64,000 nucleotides of DNA from Lysobacter auxotrophicus. GTDB taxonomy: Bacteria > Pseudomonadota > Gammaproteobacteria > Xanthomonadales > Xanthomonadaceae. The stretch lies in contig NZ_AP027041.1 of the NCBI RefSeq assembly GCF_027924565.1, positions 3,794,748 to 3,858,747 on the forward strand, read 5' to 3'. Both the position numbers and the translations under genes were made by a program. Below are positions 47,160-56,562 of this stretch, piece by piece. The notes beneath the pieces were generated by a model. The model did not search any database. It was not told where the DNA came from and saw only the letters and a list, made by a program, of their open reading frames with translations. Position 1 is the stretch's first letter. Each line of letters opens with the position of its first letter.

Positions 47160-47438
47160 TCATCCCATGCGCCCGAGGCGTTGCGACGAACCGGCCGCCT
47201 GGGTGCACGCCTTCGTCACGCGTGCCAGCAGTGCGCGCACGCCGGGCAGGATCACCCACGCGGCAGGCAGCGCGACGGCGAACGCGACGGGCCATCCGCG
47301 CAGCCACGCGGAGATCAGGCCCGGGCCGAAACCGCGCTGCAGCGCGATCATGGCGAAGCTCATCACGCCCGACATCAGCGTGACGACGAGGGGGACGAAG
47401 GCGAACTGGGCCTGGCGCGGCGTGAGCATTGCGGGCAT
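47160..47438 (-). CDS. DUF2798-family small membrane protein
   Basis: ~92 aa, two TM helices. Confidence 0.5.
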   Translation of the reverse strand: MPAMLTPRQAQFAFVPLVVTLMSGVMSFAMIALQRGFGPGLISAWLRGWPVAFAVALPAAWVILPGVRALLARVTKACTQAAGSSQRLGRMG

Positions 47439-47612
47439 TCCGTTGCGACGGGGGAAGCGACAGGGTAGGCAGCCGATGCAATCCCGATAAGCCCGCATCG
47501 CGGGGAAGAACCGTCCCATCAGCGGGCGAATGCGAGCTGTGCCTTCCGGTACATCGCGGCGCAGTCCGCATGGGCGACAATGCGCGCTCCCAGGACGCAT
47601 CGCCGGAGCCCC

Positions 47613-47987
47613 ATGAAATTCCTGCTGATGATCTACACGGACCAGACGTTGCTGGACGCGTTGCCGGCCGGCGAATACGACCGGCTGATGAAGGACTGCA
47701 TCGAGAAGGCCGATGCGCTGCGCGAGCGCGGCGTGCTGCTGGATTCACAGCAGCTTGAGGTGCCCAGCACGGCGCGCTCGGTGCGCACGCGTGGCGGCAA
47801 CACGCACGTGTACGACGGCCCGTTCGCCGAGGCGAAGGAAGTCTTCGCCGGCTTCAACCTGATCGAGGCGCCGGACATCGAGTCCGCGGTGGACATCGCG
47901 CATTCGTTCCCGTGGTCGCGCTTCGGTTCGATCGAAGTGCGCCCGGTGCGCGATTTCGCGGCCGTGCGGGAACGCGTGGGCGCGTAA
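47613..47987 (+). CDS. YciI-like / DGPF-domain protein
   Basis: [11 protein letters not shown]…DGPFAEAKE motif. Confidence 0.75.
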   Translation: MKFLLMIYTDQTLLDALPAGEYDRLMKDCIEKADALRERGVLLDSQQLEVPSTARSVRTRGGNTHVYDGPFAEAKEVFAGFNLIEAPDIESAVDIAHSFPWSRFGSIEVRPVRDFAAVRERVGA

Positions 47988-47995
47988 GGCCGACG

Positions 47996-48880
47996 TCAGC
48001 GCAGGCGCTTTTCGAACCAGTAGTCCGCGTACGGATTGTCGTTGTAGCGCGGGATCTCGACGTAGCCGTTGCGCGCGTACAGCGCGCGCGCCTCCAGCAG
48101 CGTGCGGTTGGTGTCCAGCCGCAGCGTGTGCAGGTGCATCCGGTGCGCGTGTGCTTCCAGCGCGTCGAGCATGCGTTGCGCGATGCCCAGGCCGCGTGCC
48201 TCCGGCGCGACCCACATGCGTTTGATCTCGCCGACGCCGTCGCCCAGCACCTTGAGCGCGCCGCAGCCGAGCGCCTCCTCGTCCAGTCGCGCGAGCAGCA
48301 GCACGCCCGAGGGCGGCACGAGTTCCTGCGGATCGGCGCTCGGCCCGCGCGTGGCGTCGAAGCCGGTGTCGAAGCGTTCGTCGAGTTCGCGCAAGTAGGC
48401 GTCGATGCACGCGCGTGCGTCGGCGCTGGCCGGATCGGCCGGTTCGATGACGACCGCAGCGGCGCGCATCAGGCGTTCGACTTCGGCCATCGCCCGGGTC
48501 AGGCGCTCGCGCTGCGCATCGCCGAGCGGCGAGAGCAGCGAGGTCGCGAAGTCCTGCGAAAGGCGGTCGAGCGCTTCGAATTCGCGTCGCCCCTTTGCCG
48601 TGAGCAGCACGCGCCGGACGCGCGCGTCGTCGGGCGCCGGTTGGGAGGTCGTCAGTCCCTGCGCCTCCAGGCCGCGCAGCAGGCGGCTGAGGTAGCCCGA
48701 ATCCAGCGACAGCCGCGCGCGCAGGTCGCGCACGTCGGCGCCCTCGCGGCCGATCTCGAACAGCAGGCGCGATTCGGCCAGCGGCCGGCCACGCCCGAGG
48801 AAATCGTCCGACAGCGCACCGATCCGTCGCGTCACCGCCCGGTTGAAGCTGCGGACCTGCTGTACCTGGCGCTCGTTCAT
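47996..48880 (-). CDS. MarR-family regulator fused to a GNAT N-acetyltransferase
   Basis: N-terminal wHTH (SGYLSRLLRGLEAQGL). C-terminal GNAT (RGLGIAQRMLDALEAHA, YARNGY). Confidence 0.8.
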   Translation of the reverse strand: MNERQVQQVRSFNRAVTRRIGALSDDFLGRGRPLAESRLLFEIGREGADVRDLRARLSLDSGYLSRLLRGLEAQGLTTSQPAPDDARVRRVLLTAKGRREFEALDRLSQDFATSLLSPLGDAQRERLTRAMAEVERLMRAAAVVIEPADPASADARACIDAYLRELDERFDTGFDATRGPSADPQELVPPSGVLLLARLDEEALGCGALKVLGDGVGEIKRMWVAPEARGLGIAQRMLDALEAHAHRMHLHTLRLDTNRTLLEARALYARNGYVEIPRYNDNPYADYWFEKRLR

Positions 48881-48924
48881 TGCCTGACTTTAGTCAGGTA
48901 AGTGGGCGGGCGCAAGCGGTGGCA

Positions 48925-49140
48925 GGCGCCCCGCCCTTGTAGCCCGGGTAAGCGAAGCGCACCCGGGAGGGACGATTCCGAAGACGGCCACCCGGATGCC
49001 GCCGTCCGCCCGACCGTCCCCAATTTTCCGTCATCCCGGCGAAGGCCGGGATCCAGGCCCGCAGCGGGACAACTCACGATGCCGCGCTTCTACGGATGAC
49101 GTGACAGCCTGGGTCCCGGCTTTCGCCGGGATGACGGTTC
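48925..49140. repeat. Composite repeat cluster: a GTAG-REP half plus an inverted pair of the 'GTCATCCCGGCGAAGGCCGGGATCC' element
   Basis: CCGTCATCCCGGCGAAGGCCGGGATCCAGG at ~49026 and the inverted CCTGGGTCCCGGCTTTCGCCGGGATGACGG at ~49097. The same family occurs at ~1193/1296, 55110/55215 and 59160. Confidence 0.8.
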
Positions 49141-49188
49141 TGGGGGTTTCCGATTTAGGGAGCGAGCTCGGCACACAGACCCTTCCGC

Positions 49189-49410
49189 TCACGTCCGCTC
49201 CAACACCGCCCCACGCCGCCGCGCCAGATACGGCAACGCGAACAGGTACAACCCGCTGAGCAGCAGCAACGCCAACGGCACCAGCGTCGCGAAACCCACC
49301 CACAGCGCGATGTCCCCGCGCCCCATCACGGCGAAGTTGGCAATGACGCACAGCGTGAAGGCAATCGACAGCCAGCGGTGGGCCTGGCGGATCCACGTGT
49401 TCCAGTTCAT
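49189..49410 (-). CDS. Small membrane protein (73 aa)
   Basis: Two TM helices. Lies upstream of the amidohydrolase gene. Confidence 0.45.
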   Translation of the reverse strand: MNWNTWIRQAHRWLSIAFTLCVIANFAVMGRGDIALWVGFATLVPLALLLLSGLYLFALPYLARRRGAVLERT

Positions 49411-49523
49411 GGGAGCGCTCCTGATGGGGCCCGCACCGTGCGGGCCCGTGGAACGATCCTGACGCGGCGTTCGCGTCGCCGCTTCTCGAAAACTGATCGA
49501 TATCGCGACGCGGCGTCGGCCGC

Positions 49524-50849
49524 CTACGGCCCGCGCACCACCGCGCCCTGCTTCATCACCAGCAGCGGCTTCTGCGTGGCGCGGATGTTTTCCAGCACGT
49601 TACCCGGGACGGCGACGATGTCGGCGAACTTGCCGGCTTCCAGCGTGCCGGTTTCGTTGTCGATGCCCAGCAGCTTCGCCGAGCCCTGGCTGCTGGTGAG
49701 CAGCGCCGCCGCGGGCGTCATGCCGAGGTCGACCATGTCGCCGAATTCCTGCGCGTTCATCCCGTGCGGATACACCGCTGCGTCGGTGCCCAGCGCGATC
49801 GGCACGCCCACGCGAAGCGCTTCCTTGAACATCTTCTGGTGCGCCGCGCCGGCAGCGCGCGCCTTGGCGCCGATCTGCGGCGGGTAGGTGTCGGCCTTCT
49901 CGACCACCCACACCTGCGTCATGCGCGTGGGCACCAGGTAGGTGCCCTTGCTCTTCATCAGCTGCAGCGTCGGCGTGGTGAGGAAGCTGCCGTGCTCGAT
50001 CGAATCCACGCCGGCTTCCACGGCGAGCTTCGCGGCGAGGTCGCCATGGCTGTGCGCGGCGACCTTGCGGCCCCAAGTGTGCGCTTCGGTGACGATCGCG
50101 CGCAGTTCCTCGGGCGTGAGCTGCGGAACGTCCACCGGATCGGCTTCCGACAGCACGCCGCCGGAGGCGCAGATCTTGATGAGGTCGGCGCCGTACTTCA
50201 TCTGCTCGCGCGTCGCCAGGCGGCACTGTTCGGCGCCGTTGCACACGCCGTCGCGCGGGCCGAGCGGCGTCACGCGCTCCGGCGGGAACGGCGCGGCATC
50301 GCAGTGCCCGCCGGTGGAACCCAGTGCATGGCCCGCGACCAGCATGCGCGGGCCTTCGGTGAGACCGTCGCGAATGGCGTTGCGCAGCGCGATGTCGACG
50401 AAGTCCGGCGCGCCGACTTCGCGCACCGTGGTGAAGCCCGCCTCGAGGGTCAGCTTCGCGTTGCGCGCGGCGTGGAAGGACTGCTCGGTCGGGAAGCGCA
50501 GCATGTTCTCGTAGAAGCCCTGCGCCCAGTTGTCGTCGTGGTTGGACGCGATGTGCGTGTGCGCGTCGATGAAGCCCGGCAGCAGCGTGGCGTCGCCCAG
50601 GTCGATCACCTTCGCGCCGGCCGGCACCGCGGCGTCGCCGACGGCGGCGATGCGCCCGCCCTGCACGACGAGGGTGCCCGGCGACACGAGCCGCCCGCTG
50701 CGACCGTCGAACAGATGCGCGGCCCGCAACACGATCGGCGGTGCGGACGCGGGCGCCGCGGGCGGCGCCTGTTGCGCCGGGGTCGCGGTGGTGATCGACA
50801 GCAGGGCAACCGACAGGCCCGTCAGGGCCGCCATGGCACGACGCTTCAT
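49524..50849 (-). CDS. Secreted metal-dependent amidohydrolase (Xaa-Pro dipeptidase / imidazolonepropionase-like)
   Basis: Signal peptide. HxH (FIDAHTHI). Conserved His/Asp metal ligands. Confidence 0.85.
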   Translation of the reverse strand: MKRRAMAALTGLSVALLSITTATPAQQAPPAAPASAPPIVLRAAHLFDGRSGRLVSPGTLVVQGGRIAAVGDAAVPAGAKVIDLGDATLLPGFIDAHTHIASNHDDNWAQGFYENMLRFPTEQSFHAARNAKLTLEAGFTTVREVGAPDFVDIALRNAIRDGLTEGPRMLVAGHALGSTGGHCDAAPFPPERVTPLGPRDGVCNGAEQCRLATREQMKYGADLIKICASGGVLSEADPVDVPQLTPEELRAIVTEAHTWGRKVAAHSHGDLAAKLAVEAGVDSIEHGSFLTTPTLQLMKSKGTYLVPTRMTQVWVVEKADTYPPQIGAKARAAGAAHQKMFKEALRVGVPIALGTDAAVYPHGMNAQEFGDMVDLGMTPAAALLTSSQGSAKLLGIDNETGTLEAGKFADIVAVPGNVLENIRATQKPLLVMKQGAVVRGP

Positions 50850-51181
50850 TCCCTTCCCCTCAGGTGTTCACGTTTGCGCCGAGTGTAGGAGGCCGCGCGG
50901 CGCGGCGTCTCGTCCCCTGCGACGGTCGGCGGCCACACTGCACGCACTCCTCGTCAGGGAGATTGCCGGGGCGGCGCGCGACTGGGCTCGCGCGCCGCCC
51001 CGGTGTTTTTTTGTCCGGCACGCGCGTTGTAAGCGCTTACCTAAAGGCCGGGTGAAGGATTCGGGGCCCAAACCGCGAACTGCGTCATGGTTTGATGCGG
51101 ACCCGACTTGCCAGCACGACAGGCGCAGTCAGGATCGAGCGCACAAGAACCACCACGCACTCGCATTCAACAGGGGATTCC

Positions 51182-51526
51182 ATGAAGCGCCTGATTTCGA
51201 CCCTCGCCGTCGGCTTCCTGCTGCTCTCGCCAGTCGTCGCGTCCGCGCACGGCAAGGGCCACGGCCACGGCCGCGGTCACGATCATCACGACCGCTACGA
51301 CGACCATGACGACCGCCACGACCGCGGCCGCAAGAACGGCCACTACAAGCACGACTACCGCCGCGGCGTGGTCTATGTCGAGCGCCGCGTCTATGTCGAC
51401 GACTACCACCACTACGACCTGCGCGAGCCGCCCCGCGGTCACCGCTGGGTGCGAAGCGACGATGGCCGCTACGTGCTGATCGCCGTGGCCACCGGCATCA
51501 TCGCCGACGTGCTGCTGCATCACTGA
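51182..51526 (+). CDS. RcnB-like His-rich periplasmic protein
   Basis: Signal peptide. (H/D)-rich tract GKGHGHGRGHDHHDRYDDHDDRHDRG. C-terminal …RGHRWVRSDDGRYVLIAVATGIIADVLL. Confidence 0.65.
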   Translation: MKRLISTLAVGFLLLSPVVASAHGKGHGHGRGHDHHDRYDDHDDRHDRGRKNGHYKHDYRRGVVYVERRVYVDDYHHYDLREPPRGHRWVRSDDGRYVLIAVATGIIADVLLHH

Positions 51527-51688
51527 TCCACGCGCGTTCGATCTGCGTCGTACGAAGGGCCCCGGATTCCGGGGCCTTTTTCGTTATCCGGCTGAATGCG
51601 CCGCGGTAACGAAGGGCTTACATCCCGGTGCGCCGCACCTAACGGCGCAACTCCTACGGTGAGCCTTCCCCCACCACGCGGAGACACC

Positions 51689-51898
51689 ATGGGCACCAAC
51701 AAGCACGCGCAGGACCGGGTCAAGAGCGGCCACAGCACGCCACCGTCGGGCGGCAATCGCGACACCGACCGCGACCACGCGATGCGCGCGGGCCACGACG
51801 GGCCGAGCCAACGCAAGCACGCGGTGCACAAGGAGCCGTCCACGCGCGAGGAAGGCCGCGACGACCACCGCTCCGGCAGCGACAAGCGCCATCACTGA
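51689..51898 (+). CDS. Small basic hydrophilic protein (69 aa)
   Basis: GGAGACACCATG start context. Composition like KGG/stress-induced small proteins. Confidence 0.4.
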   Translation: MGTNKHAQDRVKSGHSTPPSGGNRDTDRDHAMRAGHDGPSQRKHAVHKEPSTREEGRDDHRSGSDKRHH

Positions 51899-51908
51899 GG
51901 AGGACGCC

Positions 51909-52088
51909 ATGCGACCGGACAAGCCAAAACTCCAGGCCCAGCAGAAATCGGGCTCCAAGGACCAGAAGAAGGACCTGGAAGAGCGCAACCAGCCTAAGGC
52001 CGCCTCGACGCCGGCGAACGATTCCTCCGACGACAACGCGCTGGCGAAGGTGCGCCATCGCGAGCAGAAGGGGCCGACGCTGCACTAG
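51909..52088 (+). CDS. Small hydrophilic protein (59 aa)
   Basis: MRPDKPKLQAQQKSGSKDQKKDLEERNQ… Starts 10 nt after the previous gene. Below the ORF-track length cutoff. Confidence 0.35.
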   Translation: MRPDKPKLQAQQKSGSKDQKKDLEERNQPKAASTPANDSSDDNALAKVRHREQKGPTLH

Positions 52089-52220
52089 CGCTGCGCCCGC
52101 CGCGCACGACACGCGGCCTTCACTTTTCCGTGCACACACTGAACCGCGCCGCCCCGAACCGGGCGGCGCGTTGCCGTCGCGCGTCCGCGCGATGCGCGCC
52201 CACACCGCACGGAGGACGCA

Positions 52221-52823
52221 GTGAAGACTTCCCCGCTCCCGCTCCGCCCCGTTTTCCTCGCCATCGCCCTGGCCCTCGCCACCTCGGCCACGTACGCCGC
52301 CAAGCCGACCCCGCCCGACCCGGATCGCAGCGAGACCGCCGCGGTCGCCGTCACCGTCGAAGGCAAGGTCACCGACATCGACACGCCCAACCGGCTCATC
52401 ACCGTCCAGGGCCCGGATGGCAACGAAGTGGAAGTGCACGCGGACGAAACCGTGCGCAACTTCGAGCAGGTGCGCGTCGGCGACACTGTGTCGCTGGACT
52501 ATCTGCGCGCGGTCACCGTGGACATCCAGCCGGCCGGCAGCGCCGAACCGGGCGCGTACATCAAGCAGAAGGAAGACATCGCGAAGAAGGGCGAGAAGCC
52601 GCGCGCCGGCGCCGCGGAAGTGGTCACCGTGCTCGCGCCGATCCGCGCCATCGACACGGCAAACAACACCATCACCGTCGAAGGCCCGCGCGGAAACGTC
52701 GTCACCCTGGACGTGCGAAAGCCGGAATACCAGGCGCGCCTGTCGAAGCTGAAGGTGGGCGACATGCTGCGCGTCGCCTTCACCGAAGCGGCGGTGGTGC
52801 AGGTACGGCCGAAGGGGCAGTAG
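52221..52823 (+). CDS. Periplasmic protein with two homologous ~70-aa repeats
   Basis: Signal peptide. The repeats are VEGKVTDIDTPNRLITVQGPDGNEVEV and LAPIRAIDTANNTITVEGPRGNVVTL. Confidence 0.6.
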   Translation: MKTSPLPLRPVFLAIALALATSATYAAKPTPPDPDRSETAAVAVTVEGKVTDIDTPNRLITVQGPDGNEVEVHADETVRNFEQVRVGDTVSLDYLRAVTVDIQPAGSAEPGAYIKQKEDIAKKGEKPRAGAAEVVTVLAPIRAIDTANNTITVEGPRGNVVTLDVRKPEYQARLSKLKVGDMLRVAFTEAAVVQVRPKGQ

Positions 52824-52901
52824 TCGTTCCGCTTCTGTAGCCCGGTCAAGCGACCCCGACCCTCTCCCGCACGCGGGAGAGGGGCCGGCGCTACAACGTC
52901 C

Positions 52902-53888
52902 TCAAGACGCGACGGGATACGGGCCGTCCTCGAACACCGCGTCGTGATACCCCTTGCTGCCGACCGCCTCGGCGAGAGGGCTGCGGAATTCCTCCCCGCT
53001 ACGCAGCGCGGCGAGCACGCGCGCGAAGTCGTACTTCGGCTGCCATCCCAGCTGCTCGCGCGCGAGCGCGTTGACGTACACGCGATCGATCTGCGGGAAC
53101 ATCCGCCATCCGCGCGACGCATACAGCGCCGGCGCATCGGGGAAATGCCGCGCGAGCACGGTCGCCGGATCGCGCCGAAGTTCCGCAAGATCCTCGCGCG
53201 TGAACGGCGTGGTGGCCGAAATGATGTAGCGGCCAAAGCCAATGGCCTTCGCGCGCTCGACCGCGAGCAGGTGCGCGTCCACCGCATCGGCGATGTCGAC
53301 GCGGCGATAGAGCAGCTCGTTCGCCTGCGCGTTCGCCGTCGAGAACCCGTTGCGCACGTCGATGCTGTCGTCGGGCTCGGGGAAGAAGCGCGAGGTGCGC
53401 AGCACCAGCACGGGCAGGCGGCGCTTGCGGTAGAACAGCTCGCACAGCTGCTCGGCCGACAGCTTGGTCACGCCGTAGATGTTCTTCGGGATCGGCGCGA
53501 CGTGCTCGTCGATCCACGCCGCCGGCTCGCCCAGCGCGGGCGTGAGCGCGGCGCCGAACGTGCTGGTCGTGCTGGTGAACACGAACGCTTCGACGTTCGC
53601 GGCGAGGGCTTCCTCCAAAAGCGCCAGCGTGCCGCTGACGTTGGTGTCGATGAAGTCCTGGTGCGGATGCGTCGCCACGTGCGGCTTGTGCAGCGTCGCG
53701 GCGTGGATCACCGCACGCACGCCCTTCATGCGGCGGCGCACGAAGTCGCGGTCGGTGATCGAGCCGACGTGGTCGGTGAATGCGGAAGGCTTGATGTCGA
53801 TGCCGACGGCGTCGCGCCCGGTGGCGCGCAACTCGCGCATCAGTCCTTCGCCCAGATGGCCGGCGCTGCCGGTCACGAGAAGGGTCAT
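52902..53888 (-). CDS. NAD-dependent epimerase/dehydratase (SDR-extended)
   Basis: TGSAGHLG Rossmann motif, YxxxK (YGVTK). Confidence 0.88.
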   Translation of the reverse strand: MTLLVTGSAGHLGEGLMRELRATGRDAVGIDIKPSAFTDHVGSITDRDFVRRRMKGVRAVIHAATLHKPHVATHPHQDFIDTNVSGTLALLEEALAANVEAFVFTSTTSTFGAALTPALGEPAAWIDEHVAPIPKNIYGVTKLSAEQLCELFYRKRRLPVLVLRTSRFFPEPDDSIDVRNGFSTANAQANELLYRRVDIADAVDAHLLAVERAKAIGFGRYIISATTPFTREDLAELRRDPATVLARHFPDAPALYASRGWRMFPQIDRVYVNALAREQLGWQPKYDFARVLAALRSGEEFRSPLAEAVGSKGYHDAVFEDGPYPVAS

Positions 53889-54067
53889 GGAAGCGGCTCC
53901 GATGACGTGTGGGGCATTCGATTATGCGGGGGATTTGTGGCGGGGCGGCGGCAGGCGACGCGTCCGGGCGGGGCCGGATTGGCCCTGTGGAACCCTCCGG
54001 TTTTGGCTCTTCAACGGTGCCGCTTGCGCGCCTACCGTCGTCCTGCCCCCATGTCGAGGACACGACG

Positions 54068-54547
54068 ATGACGATCCGCCCGCTCCTGCGTCGCTGCATT
54101 CCCGCCGCCACCTGCCTGCTGCTCCTGTCCGCCTTCGCGCCCGCCTTCGCCGGCGGACACGGCGACGGCCGCGCCCGCGGCTGCGCGCGCCAGTTCGAAC
54201 TGGCCCAGCGCATGGACATGGAGTCCTTCCGCGACTACGACGCCGACACCTTCCGCGCCGTGCACGACGAACGCGCGATCACCGTCTTCGCCAGCGGCCA
54301 CAAGTTCGTCGGCATCGACGCGATCATGACCGCGCTGGCGAGCCACTTCGCCAACCGCGAGGCGCAGTGGACGTGGACGGAGGTCTACCGCGTGGTCGAT
54401 GGCTGCAACGCCGCGTTCATCCTGTACGAGACGGTGTACGAAATCCCCCGCATCGGCTTCCGCCAGCACGCCTACACCGGCGTGACCTACAGCCACGACG
54501 GCCACCGCTGGCTGGCGATCGCGGACCAGGGGACGGCGTTGCCGTGA
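54068..54547 (+). CDS. NTF2-like (SnoaL/DUF4440-type) secreted protein
   Basis: Signal peptide. ~160 aa. Confidence 0.55.
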   Translation: MTIRPLLRRCIPAATCLLLLSAFAPAFAGGHGDGRARGCARQFELAQRMDMESFRDYDADTFRAVHDERAITVFASGHKFVGIDAIMTALASHFANREAQWTWTEVYRVVDGCNAAFILYETVYEIPRIGFRQHAYTGVTYSHDGHRWLAIADQGTALP

Positions 54548-55099
54548 GGTCGGGCGGTTGACGCGGCGTACGCGAGCGTCACCCGCCGCACGATATGCGC
54601 CGCTCTTGCGTGGCGGTGCTGTATGCGGTGCTTGCGATGTTGCCCTCTCCTGCGGGAGAGGGGTTGGGGTTGGGATGCGCGATCTCGCTGGCACGCGCGA
54701 TGCGTTTGCTCTGGTAGCCCGGGTAAGCGAAGCGCACCCGGGACGCGACCGCCCTGCCACCCCGGGTGCGCTTCGCTTACCCGGGCTACAAACGCGTGGC
54801 GCTTTGGTGTTGCGCTTCCTGTTGCTGTTGCTGTCGCTGTCGAACAGCCAATCAGGTCCCTAGCCCCAACGGGCGCCCCACAGGACGTGCGGCGGTGAGC
54901 GCCGAGCCATGGAAGGCGAATCGCGAACGCGCCCTTGCTCTGTCCGGTCGTGGGATTGATTTGTCGGGGAGCTGCCCTTTCTTTTGGTTACTTTTTGACC
55001 GAAGGGAATCCAGTAGGACTTGGGCAAGCAAAGAAAAGTGACCCGGGCGCCGCAGGCGATCGGAAGCTTGGCTGGTGATTCTTCTTCTGAAAAGCAACG

Positions 55100-55255
55100 G
55101 GAAAGCATGAAAAGTCCCGGCATCCCCGCCTTCGCGGGGATGACGATCAAGCGCAACGGCGATGGCTCTTGTAGCCCGGGTAAGCGAAGCGCACCCGGGG
55201 GCTTGGTCAGCAAGAGCAAATGGGTTCCAGCTTTCGCTGGAATGACGGTGAGGTG
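55100..55255. repeat. Nested repeat: a GTAG-REP unit inserted between the two inverted halves of a 'CCCGCCTTCGCGGGGATGAC' element
   Basis: Half A at 55113-55148, REP at 55168-55200, half B inverted at 55215-55250. Confidence 0.7.
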
Positions 55256-55337
55256 GTTCCGCGCCAGAAGCGTGCCCTTCGCGCTACGAGCGCAGGTCCC
55301 ACCTTCGCCCAAGGGACGCCGCGCATAAAAACAAACC

Positions 55338-55736
55338 TCAACCCGCCGCTTCCAACGTCCGCTTCATCACCCCAAGCCCCTCCGCGATCATCCCCTCCAC
55401 CTCCGGCGCCGCCGAATCCGGCAGCAGGTCCGCGATCCACCGCAGACGCGTGCGGCCTTCGCCCAGGTCGAATGCCTGCACCGACGCGTTGTAGTGCTCG
55501 AACGAGCCGCCGACCGCGGCCCACGCCACGCGATGCCGATCCTCGTCGATGACGAGGATTGGCTCGCGCACCACCATGCCGTTGCCGAAGGTGACCACGC
55601 GCACGCGGCCCTCCATGCGGCAGTCGGCGACGAAGCCCGGCACCAGGCGTTGATGGATGCTCCCGACATCGCGCAGCGCATCCCACGCGTCGCGCAACGC
55701 GATGTCCACGTCGATCTCGCGCTGGATCGAGGCCAT
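55338..55736 (-). CDS. SRPBCC (START/Bet v1-like, polyketide cyclase-like) family protein
   Basis: 132 aa from MASIQREIDVDIALRDAWDALRD. Confidence 0.65.
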   Translation of the reverse strand: MASIQREIDVDIALRDAWDALRDVGSIHQRLVPGFVADCRMEGRVRVVTFGNGMVVREPILVIDEDRHRVAWAAVGGSFEHYNASVQAFDLGEGRTRLRWIADLLPDSAAPEVEGMIAEGLGVMKRTLEAAG

Positions 55737-56028
55737 GGCGCACGCTCCCGGCAACTGAGATGTCGGCAGCGTGATCCCGCGAACGAAGCCGCGCCATGCG
55801 CGGCGCGAGCCTTCCGACGGATGGCGTTTTCGGATTCGTCCCATGGAGGGCGCACGAGCGCTGCGCAACGCTGGCGTCGGCCGCTGCGAGTCGGCCAGGA
55901 CGCCCACACTCCCCCGGGGCGTCCACTCCTTTCAGGGCTGCCGGACCTTCGGCAGCCTTCTTTTTTGCCCGCACGCCCCGCCGCCGCATCGCGCCGTATC
56001 CTGTGCGCCCCACTCGCGGGCCCGCGCC

Positions 56029-56559
56029 ATGCATTCCGAATACGACCCCGACGACAACTTCGCCCGCTCCTTCCACGACGACGCCGACCTCGACGAGGAT
56101 GCCGCGCAGGAAGCCGTGGCCTGGCAGTTCCTGCTACTCATCAATCCCGGCGACGACGACGCGGCGATGGAGCAATTCGGCCGCTGCCGCGAGGCCCTTA
56201 TCGACGGCGAGGACCCCGTGCAGGCGTTGCGCGACGCGATCGACTGGCGCGCCGGCTTCCACGTGGAGGAGTCCGATGCCGCCGGGCTGATCGAAGTGCT
56301 CGACGAGCTCGCTTCGCGCTTGGGCCTGCGTATCGACTGGGGCTTCGATGCGGACGACGACGACGCGCTGGCCGACGCCGAAGTGCCCGCGCTGATCAAC
56401 GTCGCCTTCGACCGCCTGCGCGAACACCACTACACGCTGTGGACGTACGAAACCGGCGACCACACGCAGGCCGGGTTCATCGCGCGCCAGCGCGACGACG
56501 AAGCGCTGCGCATGGTGGCCGGCGCGCTCGGCTTCCACGTGAGGACCGGCGCGCTGTAG
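56029..56559 (+). CDS. Acidic hypothetical protein (176 aa)
   Basis: MHSEYDPDDNFARSFHDDADLDED… (pI ~4). No TM. Confidence 0.5.
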   Translation: MHSEYDPDDNFARSFHDDADLDEDAAQEAVAWQFLLLINPGDDDAAMEQFGRCREALIDGEDPVQALRDAIDWRAGFHVEESDAAGLIEVLDELASRLGLRIDWGFDADDDDALADAEVPALINVAFDRLREHHYTLWTYETGDHTQAGFIARQRDDEALRMVAGALGFHVRTGAL

Positions 56560-56562
56560 GCG

